Source: Candidatus Schekmanbacteria bacterium (GTDB lineage Bacteria; SZUA-182). Taken from it: a stretch of 64,000 nt of DNA. Below the pieces are notes generated by a model. It was not told where the DNA came from. It was given only the letters and a program-made list of their open reading frames with translations, and searched no databases. The position numbers and the translations under genes are program-made. Position 1 is the stretch's first letter. Each line of letters begins with the position of its first letter. Where the stretch lies: the NCBI GenBank assembly GCA_016235675.1, contig JACRJN010000131.1, positions 1,779 to 65,778 of the forward strand. Direction: 5' to 3'. Positions 1 through 9,290 of the stretch are shown here, piece by piece.

Positions 1-262
1 AAATAATATCCAGGACGCGCCGGATTTGGTGGTGGAGATAATTTCCGAAAGCAGTGTCTACCGGGATTCGGTAAGAAAAAAGAAGCTTTATGCCAAATTC
101 GGGGTCAAAGAATTTTGGCTGGTCGCTCCTGAAGAAAAAATGATTGAGGTTTATAATTTGGACAATCAGAGGTACCGTTTAAGCCAGACTTGTTTTTATA
201 ATGACAGCCTGGAATCTCAGGTTTTGAAAGGCTTCAGGATGGATTCGAAGGATATTTTTTAA
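1..262 (+). CDS. Uma2/DUF820 family putative endonuclease, 5'-truncated by the window edge
   Basis: C-terminal 78 aa are about 60% identical to the C-terminus of the complete Uma2-like ORF at 4772..5323. The reading frame is open to position 1. Confidence 0.6.
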   Translation, partial: NNIQDAPDLVVEIISESSVYRDSVRKKKLYAKFGVKEFWLVAPEEKMIEVYNLDNQRYRLSQTCFYNDSLESQVLKGFRMDSKDIF

Positions 263-359
263 ATCAATCACTATTCATTTGTCATGGTTTCGGCTTTTCT
301 CAAGCCAAACATCCTAACATGAGTTTTATACTCTTTTCGAATACTCCGGGGAATAAGTA

Positions 360-590
360 ATGAAAAATTTAACACGAATCACATTTGACCCCAATGTGAT
401 GGGCGGGAAGCCTTGTATCCGCGGATTACGCCTCACTGTTGGAACTATTGTCGGGCTGATTGCTACAGGATATTCCACTTCAGACATTTTGAAAGCATAT
501 CCTTATCTGGAAGAAGACGATATTCGCGAAGCACTTAAATACGCCGCCTGGCGAGTTGAAGAAATCGAATTACCCTTGGTACCCATATGA
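360..590 (+). CDS. DUF433 domain protein (antitoxin-like)
   Basis: 76 aa with a GGKPCIRGLRLTV motif typical of DUF433. ATGA overlap with the downstream gene. Confidence 0.6.
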   Translation: MKNLTRITFDPNVMGGKPCIRGLRLTVGTIVGLIATGYSTSDILKAYPYLEEDDIREALKYAAWRVEEIELPLVPI

Positions 591-949
591 AACTGCTGGT
601 TGATATGAATCTTTCTCCTATGTGGATTGAATTTTTCGAACAGCAAGGGTGGCAAGCACTTCATTGGTCAACAGTGGGTAACCCTCGTGCAACTGATATT
701 GCAATCATGGATTGGGCGCGGGAAAATGATTATGCGGTATTCACTCACGATCTTGATTTTGGAGCTTTGTTAGCGGCTACCAGCGCTGACAAACCTAGTG
801 TTATTCAGGTACGTACACAAGATATTATGCCCCATAGTTTAGGCCCCAAATTAGTAAAAATATTACGGCAATATGAATCAGTTCTTAATAATGGGGCATT
901 GCTAACTGTGGACGAAAACAAGTCCAGAGTGCGTATTCTACTTTTTTAG
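587..949 (+). CDS. DUF5615 (PIN-like) domain protein, putative toxin partner of DUF433
   Basis: 120 aa translationally coupled to the DUF433 ORF. DUF433-DUF5615 pairs are a recurrent two-gene module. Confidence 0.55.
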   Translation: MKLLVDMNLSPMWIEFFEQQGWQALHWSTVGNPRATDIAIMDWARENDYAVFTHDLDFGALLAATSADKPSVIQVRTQDIMPHSLGPKLVKILRQYESVLNNGALLTVDENKSRVRILLF

Positions 950-984
950 CAACCAGTAATCACATAATTTCTAGGATTAAACCT

Positions 985-2025
985 ATGATCAACATTTCTT
1001 ACTCCGATTTAAGCTCCGATCCCCGCTATGCCTTTGCAGTCGGGAAAATCAGGGCGCTGGAAACAAACCTGATCACCAATCAGCAGGTCAACCGCCTGCT
1101 GGAGACCAAAGACGCCAACGCTCTTTGGTCGGAATTGGGCAATAACCGGGATTACGAAGCGCATCTGGCCCAATTCTACGATCCCCAGGATTTCGAAGCG
1201 GTTTTAAGCAGCGAATTGAAAAGGGTCTACGCTTTAACCCTGGGGATTTCTGCTGAGCGCACCGCCTTGGAATTACTGGCTTTGCGCCATGATTTCCATA
1301 ACTGCAAGGTTATCTCCAAAGCGTGCTTTTTGGGCGAAGATACGGATAGCAATTTAAGCCCCTTAGGAACGTGTCCCCCCAAAGAATGGGAACAACTCAT
1401 GGTTGCAGAAAAAGAAGCCGGGCTGTGCCGGTTACCTGCCGATTTGATGCAGATTGTCCGTGATGTGCAACAACAGCTTATCGACGAACAAAACTTGCGC
1501 CGGCGGGACATAATCTGGGATCAGGCGCTTTATCAATACCTCTCCCGCCACGCCGAAAAATCGAAAAATCTGTTTGTGCAGACCTGGCTGAAAATTCGCA
1601 TCGACGGCCTCAATTTGCTGACATATGTGCGCTGTATCAGGCAAAAGTCGGATAAGGGATTATTGAAGCTGGCTTTAATTGACAGCGGCACGATAGCTTG
1701 TGAAAAATTGCAAAACGCCTACGAAGGCGGCTTGGAAACGCTGGCCTCCCTGCTCTCCCCTACTCCCTATGCGGGAATGATCCAGGAGGGGCTGGCCTGT
1801 TATAAGCGGGACAACTCCTTTTCCTGTCTGGAAAAACTGTTCGACGATTACGAGATGGAGTTTTTGTCGCAGGCGCGCTATGTCTCTTTGGGGGTGGAGC
1901 CGTTGTTTGCCTATTTATTGGCCAAGGAGACCGAGATCAAGGTCTTGCGCATCCTGCTGGTGGGCAAAATAAACCGCCTGGACAAGACGGAAATCAGTAA
2001 ACGGGTAAGGAGGCTTTATGCCTAA
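985..2025 (+). CDS. atpC: V/A-type ATP synthase subunit C
   Basis: 346 aa, about the expected size for V/A-type subunit C, placed immediately upstream of the F and A subunits in the conserved operon order. Confidence 0.8.
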   Translation: MINISYSDLSSDPRYAFAVGKIRALETNLITNQQVNRLLETKDANALWSELGNNRDYEAHLAQFYDPQDFEAVLSSELKRVYALTLGISAERTALELLALRHDFHNCKVISKACFLGEDTDSNLSPLGTCPPKEWEQLMVAEKEAGLCRLPADLMQIVRDVQQQLIDEQNLRRRDIIWDQALYQYLSRHAEKSKNLFVQTWLKIRIDGLNLLTYVRCIRQKSDKGLLKLALIDSGTIACEKLQNAYEGGLETLASLLSPTPYAGMIQEGLACYKRDNSFSCLEKLFDDYEMEFLSQARYVSLGVEPLFAYLLAKETEIKVLRILLVGKINRLDKTEISKRVRRLYA

Positions 2026-2350
2026 GATGGCGATTTTAGGAGAAAGGGACGCGATTTTGGGCTTCAAAGCCGTGGGAGTGAATGTTTTCCCCATCAAAAA
2101 CACCGATGAAGCGGAGGCGGTTTTGCGCAAACTGGCAATGGAAGACTATGCCGCGATCTTTGTCAGCGAGCGTTACGCCCAGGATTTGGAACTGCAAATC
2201 AAGGAGATCGAGCGCTCCGGCGGCATGTTTCCCAGTATCGTAATTATCCCCGGCCCCGGCGTAAATCAAGGGTTGGGAATGAATAAAATCAAAAACATGG
2301 TTGAGAAAGCCCTGGGTATGGCTATTCTTTCCACAGACGAAAAACAATGA
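2018..2350 (+). CDS. atpF: V/A-type ATP synthase subunit F
   Basis: 110 aa with an MAILGERDAILGFKAVGV N-terminus typical of V-type F. Overlaps atpC by 8 nt. Confidence 0.75.
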   Translation: MPKMAILGERDAILGFKAVGVNVFPIKNTDEAEAVLRKLAMEDYAAIFVSERYAQDLELQIKEIERSGGMFPSIVIIPGPGVNQGLGMNKIKNMVEKALGMAILSTDEKQ

Positions 2351-2360
2351 GGTTTGACAT

Positions 2361-4112
2361 ATGCAGGCAGGAAAAATAATCAAAGTGGCTGGCCCTTTGG
2401 TGGTTGCCGACGGCATGGTTGACGCCAAGATGTATGACGTGGTCAAAGTCGGCCTTGAGGAACTGATCGGCGAGATTGTGGAAATCAAAGGCGATAAAGC
2501 CTCGATTCAGGTCTACGAGGAAACGGGAGGCATCGGCCCCGGCGATCCGGTGATCACTACCGGTATGCCGCTTAGCGTCGAGTTAGGCCCCGGATTGCTG
2601 CAAAGCATTTACGACGGTATTCAGCGCCCGCTGGAATTGATCTACGGCAAGGTCGGGGATTTGATCACCCGCGGGGTTAACGTCCCCAGCCTGAATCGGG
2701 AAAAGAAATGGGCGTTTACTCCGACTGGCAAAACGGGTGATAAGGTGCAGGCCGGGGATATTTTGGGCACGCTGCCGGAAACCAGGGTTATTACCCATAA
2801 GGTGCTGGTTCCGCCCGGAATCGAGGGAGAGATCGTTAAGATTGCGGCAGGCGGCGAATACACCATTACCGATACCATCGCCCGCATTAAAACCAAAAAC
2901 GGTGAACAGGATATTTGTATGCTGCAAAAGTGGCCGGTGCGTATCAGCCGTCCCTTAAAGGGTAAGCTTTCGCCCAAAGAGCCGCTTTCCACCGGACAGC
3001 GCATTATCGACACCCTCTTTCCCCTGGCCAAGGGCGGAACGGCTTGTGTTCCCGGCCCCTTCGGTTCAGGCAAGACCGTAGTGCAGCATCAGTTGGCCAA
3101 ATGGGCATCTGCCGAGATTGTGGTTTATATCGGCTGCGGCGAGCGCGGCAACGAGATGACCGACGTTTTGATCGAACTGCCGGAGATCGAAGACCCCAGA
3201 ACCGGTGAATCGCTGATGCAGCGCACCGTTTTGATCGCCAACACCTCAAACATGCCGGTGGCCGCCCGTGAAGCCTCGGTCTATACCGGGATCACCCTGG
3301 CCGAATATTACCGCGATATGGGCTACCATGTGGCGCTGATGGCTGATTCCACCTCCCGCTGGGCGGAAGCCTTGCGCGAGATGTCGGGACGTCTGGAAGA
3401 GATGCCCGGAGAAGAAGGCTATCCGGCTTATCTGGCGACCAAGATCGCCGATTTCTACGAGCGCGCCGGTCGGGTCAACACCCTGGGCAGCAACGGCAGA
3501 GAGGGATCGATCAGCGTTATCGGAGCGGTTTCCCCTCCCGGCGGCGACATGTCCGACCCGGTGGTGCAGGCCACCCTCAAGGTGGTTAAGGTCTTCTGGG
3601 GGCTGGACGCCAATTTAGCCTACCGCCGGCATTTCCCCGCCATCAACTGGCTGCAAAGCTATTCACTGTATATGGACAACCTCAAGGATTACCTGACCGG
3701 AGAAATTGCCCGCGACTGGGTCACCATCCGCCAGAAAGCCATGGCGCTGTTACAGAAAGAGGCGGAACTGGAAGAAATCGTACGACTAATCGGCAAGGAC
3801 TCCCTCTCCCCTACCGATCAGCTAACCCTGGAAATCACCAAGATCATCCGCGAGGATTTTCTGCATCAGAACGCCTTCCACGCCCAGGACTCCTACACCT
3901 CGCTGAACAAGCAATATAACTTGCTGAAGCTGATTCTCACCGCCGAAGAACTGTTCCGCTCCGCAGTCGAAGCCAAAATTCCCTTAAAGCGCATCCTCTC
4001 CATCCCGGCCCTGGAAGAAATCGCCAAAGCCAAGTTTATCACCGAAGACAAACCGGAGGAGATCGAAGCCATCGGGCAGAGATTGAGGGAGCAGGTAGGG
4101 GGGTTGAAGTAA
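2361..4112 (+). CDS. atpA: V/A-type ATP synthase catalytic subunit A
   Basis: 583 aa with a Walker A motif GPFGSGKT and conserved A-subunit blocks (YIGCGERGNEM, SRWAEALRE). Confidence 0.95.
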   Translation: MQAGKIIKVAGPLVVADGMVDAKMYDVVKVGLEELIGEIVEIKGDKASIQVYEETGGIGPGDPVITTGMPLSVELGPGLLQSIYDGIQRPLELIYGKVGDLITRGVNVPSLNREKKWAFTPTGKTGDKVQAGDILGTLPETRVITHKVLVPPGIEGEIVKIAAGGEYTITDTIARIKTKNGEQDICMLQKWPVRISRPLKGKLSPKEPLSTGQRIIDTLFPLAKGGTACVPGPFGSGKTVVQHQLAKWASAEIVVYIGCGERGNEMTDVLIELPEIEDPRTGESLMQRTVLIANTSNMPVAAREASVYTGITLAEYYRDMGYHVALMADSTSRWAEALREMSGRLEEMPGEEGYPAYLATKIADFYERAGRVNTLGSNGREGSISVIGAVSPPGGDMSDPVVQATLKVVKVFWGLDANLAYRRHFPAINWLQSYSLYMDNLKDYLTGEIARDWVTIRQKAMALLQKEAELEEIVRLIGKDSLSPTDQLTLEITKIIREDFLHQNAFHAQDSYTSLNKQYNLLKLILTAEELFRSAVEAKIPLKRILSIPALEEIAKAKFITEDKPEEIEAIGQRLREQVGGLK

Positions 4113-4114
4113 CA

Positions 4115-4168
4115 TAGGGTAGGGTGGGCTGCGCCCACCATTTTGATGGGCACAGCCCACCCTACAGG
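4115..4168. repeat. REP-like palindromic element, family C (GTAGGGTGGGC...GCCCACCCTAC)
   Basis: Inverted repeat seen directly. Related copies at 4651..4742, 11952..12026 and 29225..29247. Confidence 0.8.
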
Positions 4169-4192
4169 CTACATGAAAAAAAGGGTTGCTTT

Positions 4193-4432
4193 GTGGAGAT
4201 AAATTTTTCTCGTCATGCCAAGAGAAGAGCCAGGTTATACAAAATCCCTGACTCAACAATTCTTAATCTTTTGGAATCGAAAATTTGGAACCAGGGAAAT
4301 CATGAGATTACAAAAATTGTTGCGGGGATTAAATACCCATTGAAAATTGTGTTTAATGTTGAAGACCATATTTTAACTGTAATAACTTGCTATCCTTTAA
4401 AAAAAGGAGCTAAGGGTGAAAGTATATTATGA
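4193..4432 (+). CDS. DUF4258 domain protein (RelE/ParE-fold toxin-like); probable GTG start
   Basis: The ORF frame continues upstream into a REP element, so a GTG at 4193 is the likely true start. HAKRRARLYKIP...ILTVITCYPLKK matches the DUF4258 signature. Overlaps the downstream DUF2283 gene. Confidence 0.5.
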   Translation: MEINFSRHAKRRARLYKIPDSTILNLLESKIWNQGNHEITKIVAGIKYPLKIVFNVEDHILTVITCYPLKKGAKGESIL

Positions 4433-4643
4433 CGACGAAGCAGACGCCCTTTATCTAAAATTGGGAGAAGAAACGCCGGAAGGGGTAATAGAGCTAGCCG
4501 AAGGGGTTAATCTGGACACCACTGCTGAAGATAAGATAGTAGGGATAGAAATTTTGAATGCCTCCAAGAAGATTGATTTAAAAACAATATTATCTTATAC
4601 CCTGGAGTTTGAAAAGGATTTAATAACCCAAGAAGCGGCCTGA
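4416..4643 (+). CDS. DUF2283 domain protein (antitoxin-like partner of DUF4258)
   Basis: 75 aa, MKVYYDDEADALYLKL...IVGIEIL typical of DUF2283. Overlaps the upstream gene. Confidence 0.55.
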   Translation: MKVYYDDEADALYLKLGEETPEGVIELAEGVNLDTTAEDKIVGIEILNASKKIDLKTILSYTLEFEKDLITQEAA

Positions 4644-4650
4644 TAGTAAC

Positions 4651-4742
4651 GTAGGGTGGGCTGTGCCCACCAAAGGCTAACCAGGGCAATTTGAACAGCG
4701 ACATATGGGCGAAAAACAAAAGGTTGGCAAAGCCCACCCTAC
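4651..4742. repeat. REP-like element, family C, with a 50-nt spacer
   Basis: GTAGGGTGGGCTGTGCCCACC ... GGCAAAGCCCACCCTAC. Confidence 0.8.
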
Positions 4743-4771
4743 ATAAATAAAACTCAAGGAGGTGAGCACCC

Positions 4772-5323
4772 ATGCAGGGTTTGGCGATAAAGCAAAAAAA
4801 ATATACTTATCAGGACTATTTAAAAACCCCGGACGATATGCGGTATGAACTAATTGAGGGAGATTTAATAATGACACCGGCGCCATATATTCGACACCAA
4901 AGAATTTCCAGTAACTTGTTTTTCAAGATGAGAGATTTCACAAGCACCAATAATTTAGGCGAGGTTTTTTACGCTCCCTGCGATGTCTACTTAGACGATG
5001 AGAATGTTGTTCAGCCGGATATACTCTTCGTTTCCAAGGAGCGTCTGGAAATTATCACGGAAAAGAATATCCAGGGTGCGCCGGATTTGGTAGTGGAAAT
5101 TGTTTCGGAAGGAAATGCTTACCGGGACACCATACAGAAAAAAAGACTATACGCCCGTTTCGGGGTGAAAGAATATTGGATAGTGGCACCGGGGGAAAAG
5201 ATGATCGAACAATATCATTTGAATAAGCAGGGTTACCAATTGATTAGGACTTATTATCATGAGGATCATCTCATATCCCAGGAATTGCAGGATTTCACGA
5301 TTGAATTGAGGGAGGTTTTTTAA
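4772..5323 (+). CDS. Uma2/DUF820 family putative endonuclease
   Basis: 183 aa with a restriction-endonuclease-like core (DLVVEIVSEGN...YARFGVKEYWIV). Good RBS AAGGAGG. Paralog of the partial ORF at 1..262. Confidence 0.7.
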   Translation: MQGLAIKQKKYTYQDYLKTPDDMRYELIEGDLIMTPAPYIRHQRISSNLFFKMRDFTSTNNLGEVFYAPCDVYLDDENVVQPDILFVSKERLEIITEKNIQGAPDLVVEIVSEGNAYRDTIQKKRLYARFGVKEYWIVAPGEKMIEQYHLNKQGYQLIRTYYHEDHLISQELQDFTIELREVF

Positions 5324-5327
5324 AAAA

Positions 5328-5387
5328 TGTAGTTACCTGATTTATCAGGGAACGGCCTGCTGGTACCCGATAAATCGGGTAACTACA
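5328..5387. repeat. REP-like element, family M (GTAGTTACCTGATTTATCAGG...CCCGATAAATCGGGTAACTAC)
   Basis: Second copy at 25116..25174. Confidence 0.8.
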
Positions 5388-5415
5388 AATGGCAGCATAA
5401 CACAGGAGGAATAAA

Positions 5416-6816
5416 ATGCCGAAAGAATACCGAACTGTGGCCTCGGTTTCCGGACCGTTGATTTTAGTGGACAAGGTAGAAAGCATTAAATACGAAGAAC
5501 TGGTGGAAGTGGAACTGCCCGGCGAACAAATCCGTCTGGGCAAGGTACTGGAGGTCTCAGGAAATACCGCCCTGGTGCAGCTTTTCGGTACATCTACCGG
5601 CATCAATATCTATCAGAGCAAAATTCGCTTTCTGGGCAAGGGGATTGAACTGGGGGTTTCTCCCGATTTATTGGGACGGATTTTCGACGGCCTGGGACGC
5701 CCGATCGACAATGGCCCGCGCATTATCCCGGAAAAACGCCTGAACATCAACGGGAATCCGATCAACCCCTATGCCCGCGATTATCCCTCGGAGTTTATCC
5801 AGACCGGTATTTCCACCATCGACGGCCTAAATACACTGGTGCGCGGACAAAAATTGCCCATCTTCTCAGGTGCCGGTCTCCCGCACTCCCAAATGGCGGC
5901 CCAAATCGCCCGTCAATCCAAGGTTTTGGGCAAGGAAGAAGCCTTTGCCGTGGTCTTTGCCGCCATGGGCATCACCTTTGAGGAATACGAGTTTTTCCGC
6001 CAAGATTTCCAGAAATCCGGTGCGCTGGAACGCTCGGTGCTGTTCGTCAATCTGGCCAATGACCCGGCGGTAGAACGCATCGCCACCCCGCGAATGGCCC
6101 TGACCGCCGCTGAATATCTGGCATTTGAGAAGGATATGCACGTTCTGGTTATCTTAACCGATCTGACCAATTATTGCGAAGCCCTGCGCGAGGTTTCCGC
6201 CGCCCGCAAGGAAATACCCGGTCGCCGCGGTTATCCCGGTTACATGTATACCGACCTGTCCACGATTTATGAACGCGCCGGACGCATCAAGGGCAAAAAG
6301 GGATCGATCACCCAGATTCCCATTCTTACCATGCCGGAAGATGACAAAACCCATCCCATCCCGGATTTGACCGGTTATATTACCGAGGGACAAATTATCC
6401 TGGGACGGGCGATGCACCGCAAAGGCATCTATCCCCCAATCGATGTCTTGCCGTGTCTTTCCCGCTTGCGGGATAAAGGCATCGGCGAGGGCAAGACCAG
6501 GGAAGACCACGCCGGCTGGTCGAATCAATTGTTTGCCGCCTATGCCAGGGGTAAAGAGTCTGAAGAATTGGCGGTTATATTGGGTGAATCGGCTCTATCG
6601 GCAGCCGATAAAACCTTCCTTAAATTCGCCCTGGAATTTGAGCGGCGGTTTGTACAGCAAGGGGCCTATGAAGACCGGGCTATCGAGGAAACTTTGGCTA
6701 TCGGCTGGGAATTAATGGCGGCACTTCCGAAAGCCGAACTCAAACGGGTGAAAGAGGATCATATCGCTAAATATATGCCGGCGGGGAAAGAATTAGGCTT
6801 GAGGCTTGAGGCCTGA
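5416..6816 (+). CDS. atpB: V/A-type ATP synthase regulatory subunit B
   Basis: 466 aa with conserved B-subunit blocks throughout. The last codons and the stop lie inside a GGCTTGAGG tandem repeat. Confidence 0.95.
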   Translation: MPKEYRTVASVSGPLILVDKVESIKYEELVEVELPGEQIRLGKVLEVSGNTALVQLFGTSTGINIYQSKIRFLGKGIELGVSPDLLGRIFDGLGRPIDNGPRIIPEKRLNINGNPINPYARDYPSEFIQTGISTIDGLNTLVRGQKLPIFSGAGLPHSQMAAQIARQSKVLGKEEAFAVVFAAMGITFEEYEFFRQDFQKSGALERSVLFVNLANDPAVERIATPRMALTAAEYLAFEKDMHVLVILTDLTNYCEALREVSAARKEIPGRRGYPGYMYTDLSTIYERAGRIKGKKGSITQIPILTMPEDDKTHPIPDLTGYITEGQIILGRAMHRKGIYPPIDVLPCLSRLRDKGIGEGKTREDHAGWSNQLFAAYARGKESEELAVILGESALSAADKTFLKFALEFERRFVQQGAYEDRAIEETLAIGWELMAALPKAELKRVKEDHIAKYMPAGKELGLRLEA

Positions 6817-6921
6817 GGCTTGAGTAATGAGATTTGAGGTAAAATCACAGGCAGGATGCCTGTGCTACCGTAGGGCGAATTTGTATTCGCCCTCTTTCCC
6901 TCAAGCCTCAAGTCTCAAGCC
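6796..6921. repeat. composite element between convergent atpB and the PHP gene
   Basis: (GGCTTGAGG)n and (CCTCAAGCC)n outer arms enclose a family-D half REP (CACAGGCAGGATGCCTGTGCTACC) and a GTAGGGCGAATTTGTATTCGCCCTC hairpin. Confidence 0.8.
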
Positions 6922-7571
6922 TTTTTATTACAGCGATGAACCAAATTTCGGGCATTAACCCAAATTTGCTCTATCTGGGACTCGGTCAGCCCTGCGCCGA
7001 TGGCTACTTTAATGGCTTGTTCCTGCGAAATGAGGTCATCCGGTTCATGAGAGTCGGTATCAAGTATTAAAGAAGCATCTGATTTTGCGGCCAACTTGGC
7101 CACATGGCCGTTTGTCAGGGAATGTCCCTTACGGCTGGTAATTTCCAGAAAAATATGACGCTTTGCCGCCAAACGGACGTCTTCTTCGCTGATCAAACCC
7201 GGATGCGCCAATATATCGATGTCGGATTTTAAGGCATAATGATTGGTGCCAGGAACAACCGGCTCGGCTATGGTTTCCCCATGGACAACGATAATTTTAG
7301 CGCCCAGGGAGCGGGCACGGTACGCCAGATCGGGGATGAGCTTAGGCGGAACATGCGTTAATTCTATGCCGGGGATAGCGGTTATTTCCCAATGCTGATT
7401 AGCGGTTTGACAGGCTTGAATAATACGCGGGATTACAAATTCCAGGTTGGACGGATCGGCATGATCGGTCAAAGCGATGGCTTTATAGCCTTTAACGACG
7501 GCGTGGCGTATCAATTCCATCGGAAGGAGAACGCCGTCACTGAACAAAGAATGGGTATGAAAATCAAACAT
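6915..7571 (-). CDS. PHP-domain metal-dependent phosphoesterase
   Basis: 218 aa with an MFDFHTHSLFSDG N-terminal His motif and later conserved His/Asp positions of the PHP family. Confidence 0.7.
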   Translation of the reverse strand: MFDFHTHSLFSDGVLLPMELIRHAVVKGYKAIALTDHADPSNLEFVIPRIIQACQTANQHWEITAIPGIELTHVPPKLIPDLAYRARSLGAKIIVVHGETIAEPVVPGTNHYALKSDIDILAHPGLISEEDVRLAAKRHIFLEITSRKGHSLTNGHVAKLAAKSDASLILDTDSHEPDDLISQEQAIKVAIGAGLTESQIEQIWVNARNLVHRCNKKA

Positions 7572-7573
7572 GT

Positions 7574-7942
7574 CTATTGAGCTAACTTAACGGTAACATT
7601 TTCAAAACGAGTCATCAATTCTTTCGCTTCCTGCATAAAACTATTCAATAAAGCGTCGCTGCAACATTGCTTACTTCTCAATTCATCACATAATTTACTG
7701 TTATCTAAATACAAGGTGATATTATTCGCGCCCATCCCCTTAGCCCTTCTTAAGGCAACTAAAAGCGCACAGGAATCCTGAATATCTTTGTTAGCCAAGG
7801 TAGCATTTTCCCGGATAATGCTCAAAAGGTTATCTTCATCATCTTTAACCATTACTTCAACGTAGCCGCGTGAATAGGGTTTTATCTGCTTTTGGCCATT
7901 TACAAATAAAATTAAGTGATTAAATCCCGCCATAGCCCTCAC
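7574..7942 (-). CDS. RNase H-like fold protein (RVT_3-like), probably catalytically degenerate
   Basis: 122 aa. Its beta1-alphaA pattern (HLILFVNGQ...DSCALLVALRRAKGMG...LYLDNSKL) resembles RNase HI/RVT_3, but the first catalytic Asp is Asn and the C-terminal Asp is missing. The gap to the downstream PHP gene is 2 nt. Confidence 0.35.
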   Translation of the reverse strand: MRAMAGFNHLILFVNGQKQIKPYSRGYVEVMVKDDEDNLLSIIRENATLANKDIQDSCALLVALRRAKGMGANNITLYLDNSKLCDELRSKQCCSDALLNSFMQEAKELMTRFENVTVKLAQ

Positions 7943-8043
7943 CGCCTTTTTAAACCCAATTAAATTATAGCATCTTACTATTTAAAATGCAATTGAAGTA
8001 GTTTGTAAAATGTATCGCAGATAACACAAAGAAAAATAATATT

Positions 8044-8184
8044 TTGGTAGCGTTCTCAATAAGAGACCTAAAGCGTCAAAAGCGAGGCAGCCTTATCGCC
8101 GAAGCAATCTCATGTGCACGCATGGAGATTGCTTCGCTTCGCTCGCAATGACGCTTCAGGTCTGCGGTATTTCTACGCTACCAA
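8044..8184. repeat. long family-E element (GGTAGCGTTCTCAAT...GTCATTGCGAG-like core...CGCTACCAA)
   Basis: Near-identical copy at 60141..60310. Shorter E cores at 9114..9183, 33191..33290, 34497..34595, 40988..41067 and 50099..50180. Confidence 0.8.
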
Positions 8185-8250
8185 TAATTTTACACTAAAC
8201 AGTCATGCTCCTTCAGAACGACACAAAACATGAAAACATTCCCCCCTGCC

Positions 8251-8315
8251 GTAGTGCCGGGGCTTTAGCCCCGGTAGTTCAGCCCTGAAGGGCTGGAACT
8301 ACGAAACTACGAAAC
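8251..8315. repeat. REP-like element, family B (GTAGTSCCRGSSCTTTAGSSC...)
   Basis: Copies at 14451..14614, 26971..27032, 42620..42688, 51453..51598, 59990..60058, 61451..61506 and 62168..62222. Confidence 0.8.
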
Positions 8316-8335
8316 ACAAACAGGCATTTAGCCTT

Positions 8336-9049
8336 TTATTTCTTCGTCTCCCCCTTTGCCGGTTCCATTTTTTTAATCCACTGTTTTATTTCTTCAGCTT
8401 GGGGAGAATTCGGTTCCAACTCTAAAAATTTTTGAAAATAAAAAACCGCTTTTTCCGGCTGGGATAATTTCTTGGCGTAGATTGTCCCCAGGTTAAAATA
8501 GGCATCGGAGGAATCGTACACCTCTAATACTTTTGAGTAATATTCGACGGCTTTTGCATAATCGCCGCTTACGGCTGCAATATTCCCTTGTTTCAGTAGT
8601 TGCATCATTGTATCGAGGGTTTCCTGACTCAAATCGTTTATCATCCGGCTTGTTTTCGCGGATTGAGGGTTATTGGTCGACAAATCATAAATTTTTTCTT
8701 TATCCAGGTATAATTTTATTTCCTTAATCCATTGGCGTACATGAGGAGTATCTGTATCGAAGGGTTTTAACTGGAGAAATTTTTCATAATAAAAAAGTGC
8801 CCTTTTGCGATCCTGGATATTAATCTCATAAGTCACCCCCAAATTAAACACGGCATCGATCGAATTATAACCGACAAAGGCTTTTTCATAGGCAGCGACG
8901 GCCTCCTGATAATTACCCTCTTCGCAAGCTTTATTCCCCTCTAAAACAAGCTGCGTCCCCGGATCATAACTTTCTTGTGCCGAAGCGATAGAATTTATAA
9001 GTAATATCGGGAAAAAGACGATAAATAAAATTGACGCTTTAAATCTCAT
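8336..9049 (-). CDS. secreted TPR-repeat protein
   Basis: Signal peptide (MRFKASILFIVFFPILLINSIASA) followed by repeated AxxYxKAxxxxxxxDAxFNLG TPR-like units. Confidence 0.6.
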   Translation of the reverse strand: MRFKASILFIVFFPILLINSIASAQESYDPGTQLVLEGNKACEEGNYQEAVAAYEKAFVGYNSIDAVFNLGVTYEINIQDRKRALFYYEKFLQLKPFDTDTPHVRQWIKEIKLYLDKEKIYDLSTNNPQSAKTSRMINDLSQETLDTMMQLLKQGNIAAVSGDYAKAVEYYSKVLEVYDSSDAYFNLGTIYAKKLSQPEKAVFYFQKFLELEPNSPQAEEIKQWIKKMEPAKGETKK

Positions 9050-9225
9050 TGCTAAACTCCACTTAGTACGCGATTTTATAAATAACTAAGATTATTTTTT
9101 AAGTGTCATTGCGAGCTTAAGCGAAGCAATCTCTACCCATGCGTCTGAGATTGCTTCGGCGATAAGGCTGCCTCGCTTTTGACAGAATAAACTCAGTTAG
9201 TTATAAAATCGTGTATTAGTTACTT

Positions 9226-9287
9226 CCGAGATACGAGGTATGAAAACTAACTCTTCCGTATCTCGTACCTCGTATCTCGTATCTCGG
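9226..9287. repeat. family-G element (CCGAGATACGAGGTA...TACCTCGTATCTCGG)
   Basis: Second copy at 20293..20355. Confidence 0.75.
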
Positions 9288-9290
9288 TAT

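Noticed and set aside
2583-3249. Antisense ORFs of 81-143 aa inside atpA (2583..2927, 2642..3073, 3004..3249), and similar ones inside atpB, leuS, the ABC genes and the carbamoyltransferase
   Set aside because: They overlap well-supported conserved genes on the opposite strand, lack an RBS and have biased, low-complexity composition. They are typical shadow ORFs.
5295-5606. A 103-aa minus-strand ORF spanning the atpB start region
   Set aside because: It overlaps the family-M REP and the 5' end of atpB, has no RBS, and its composition is Ser/Thr-rich low complexity.
8044-8184. Possible tRNA or other small RNA genes inside the GTAG...CTAC elements
   Set aside because: None shows a tRNA cloverleaf with conserved T-loop (GTTCRANYC) or D-loop sequences. 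The only tRNA-like 3' end in the window belongs to ssrA. They are perfect or near-perfect hairpins, consistent with REPs.
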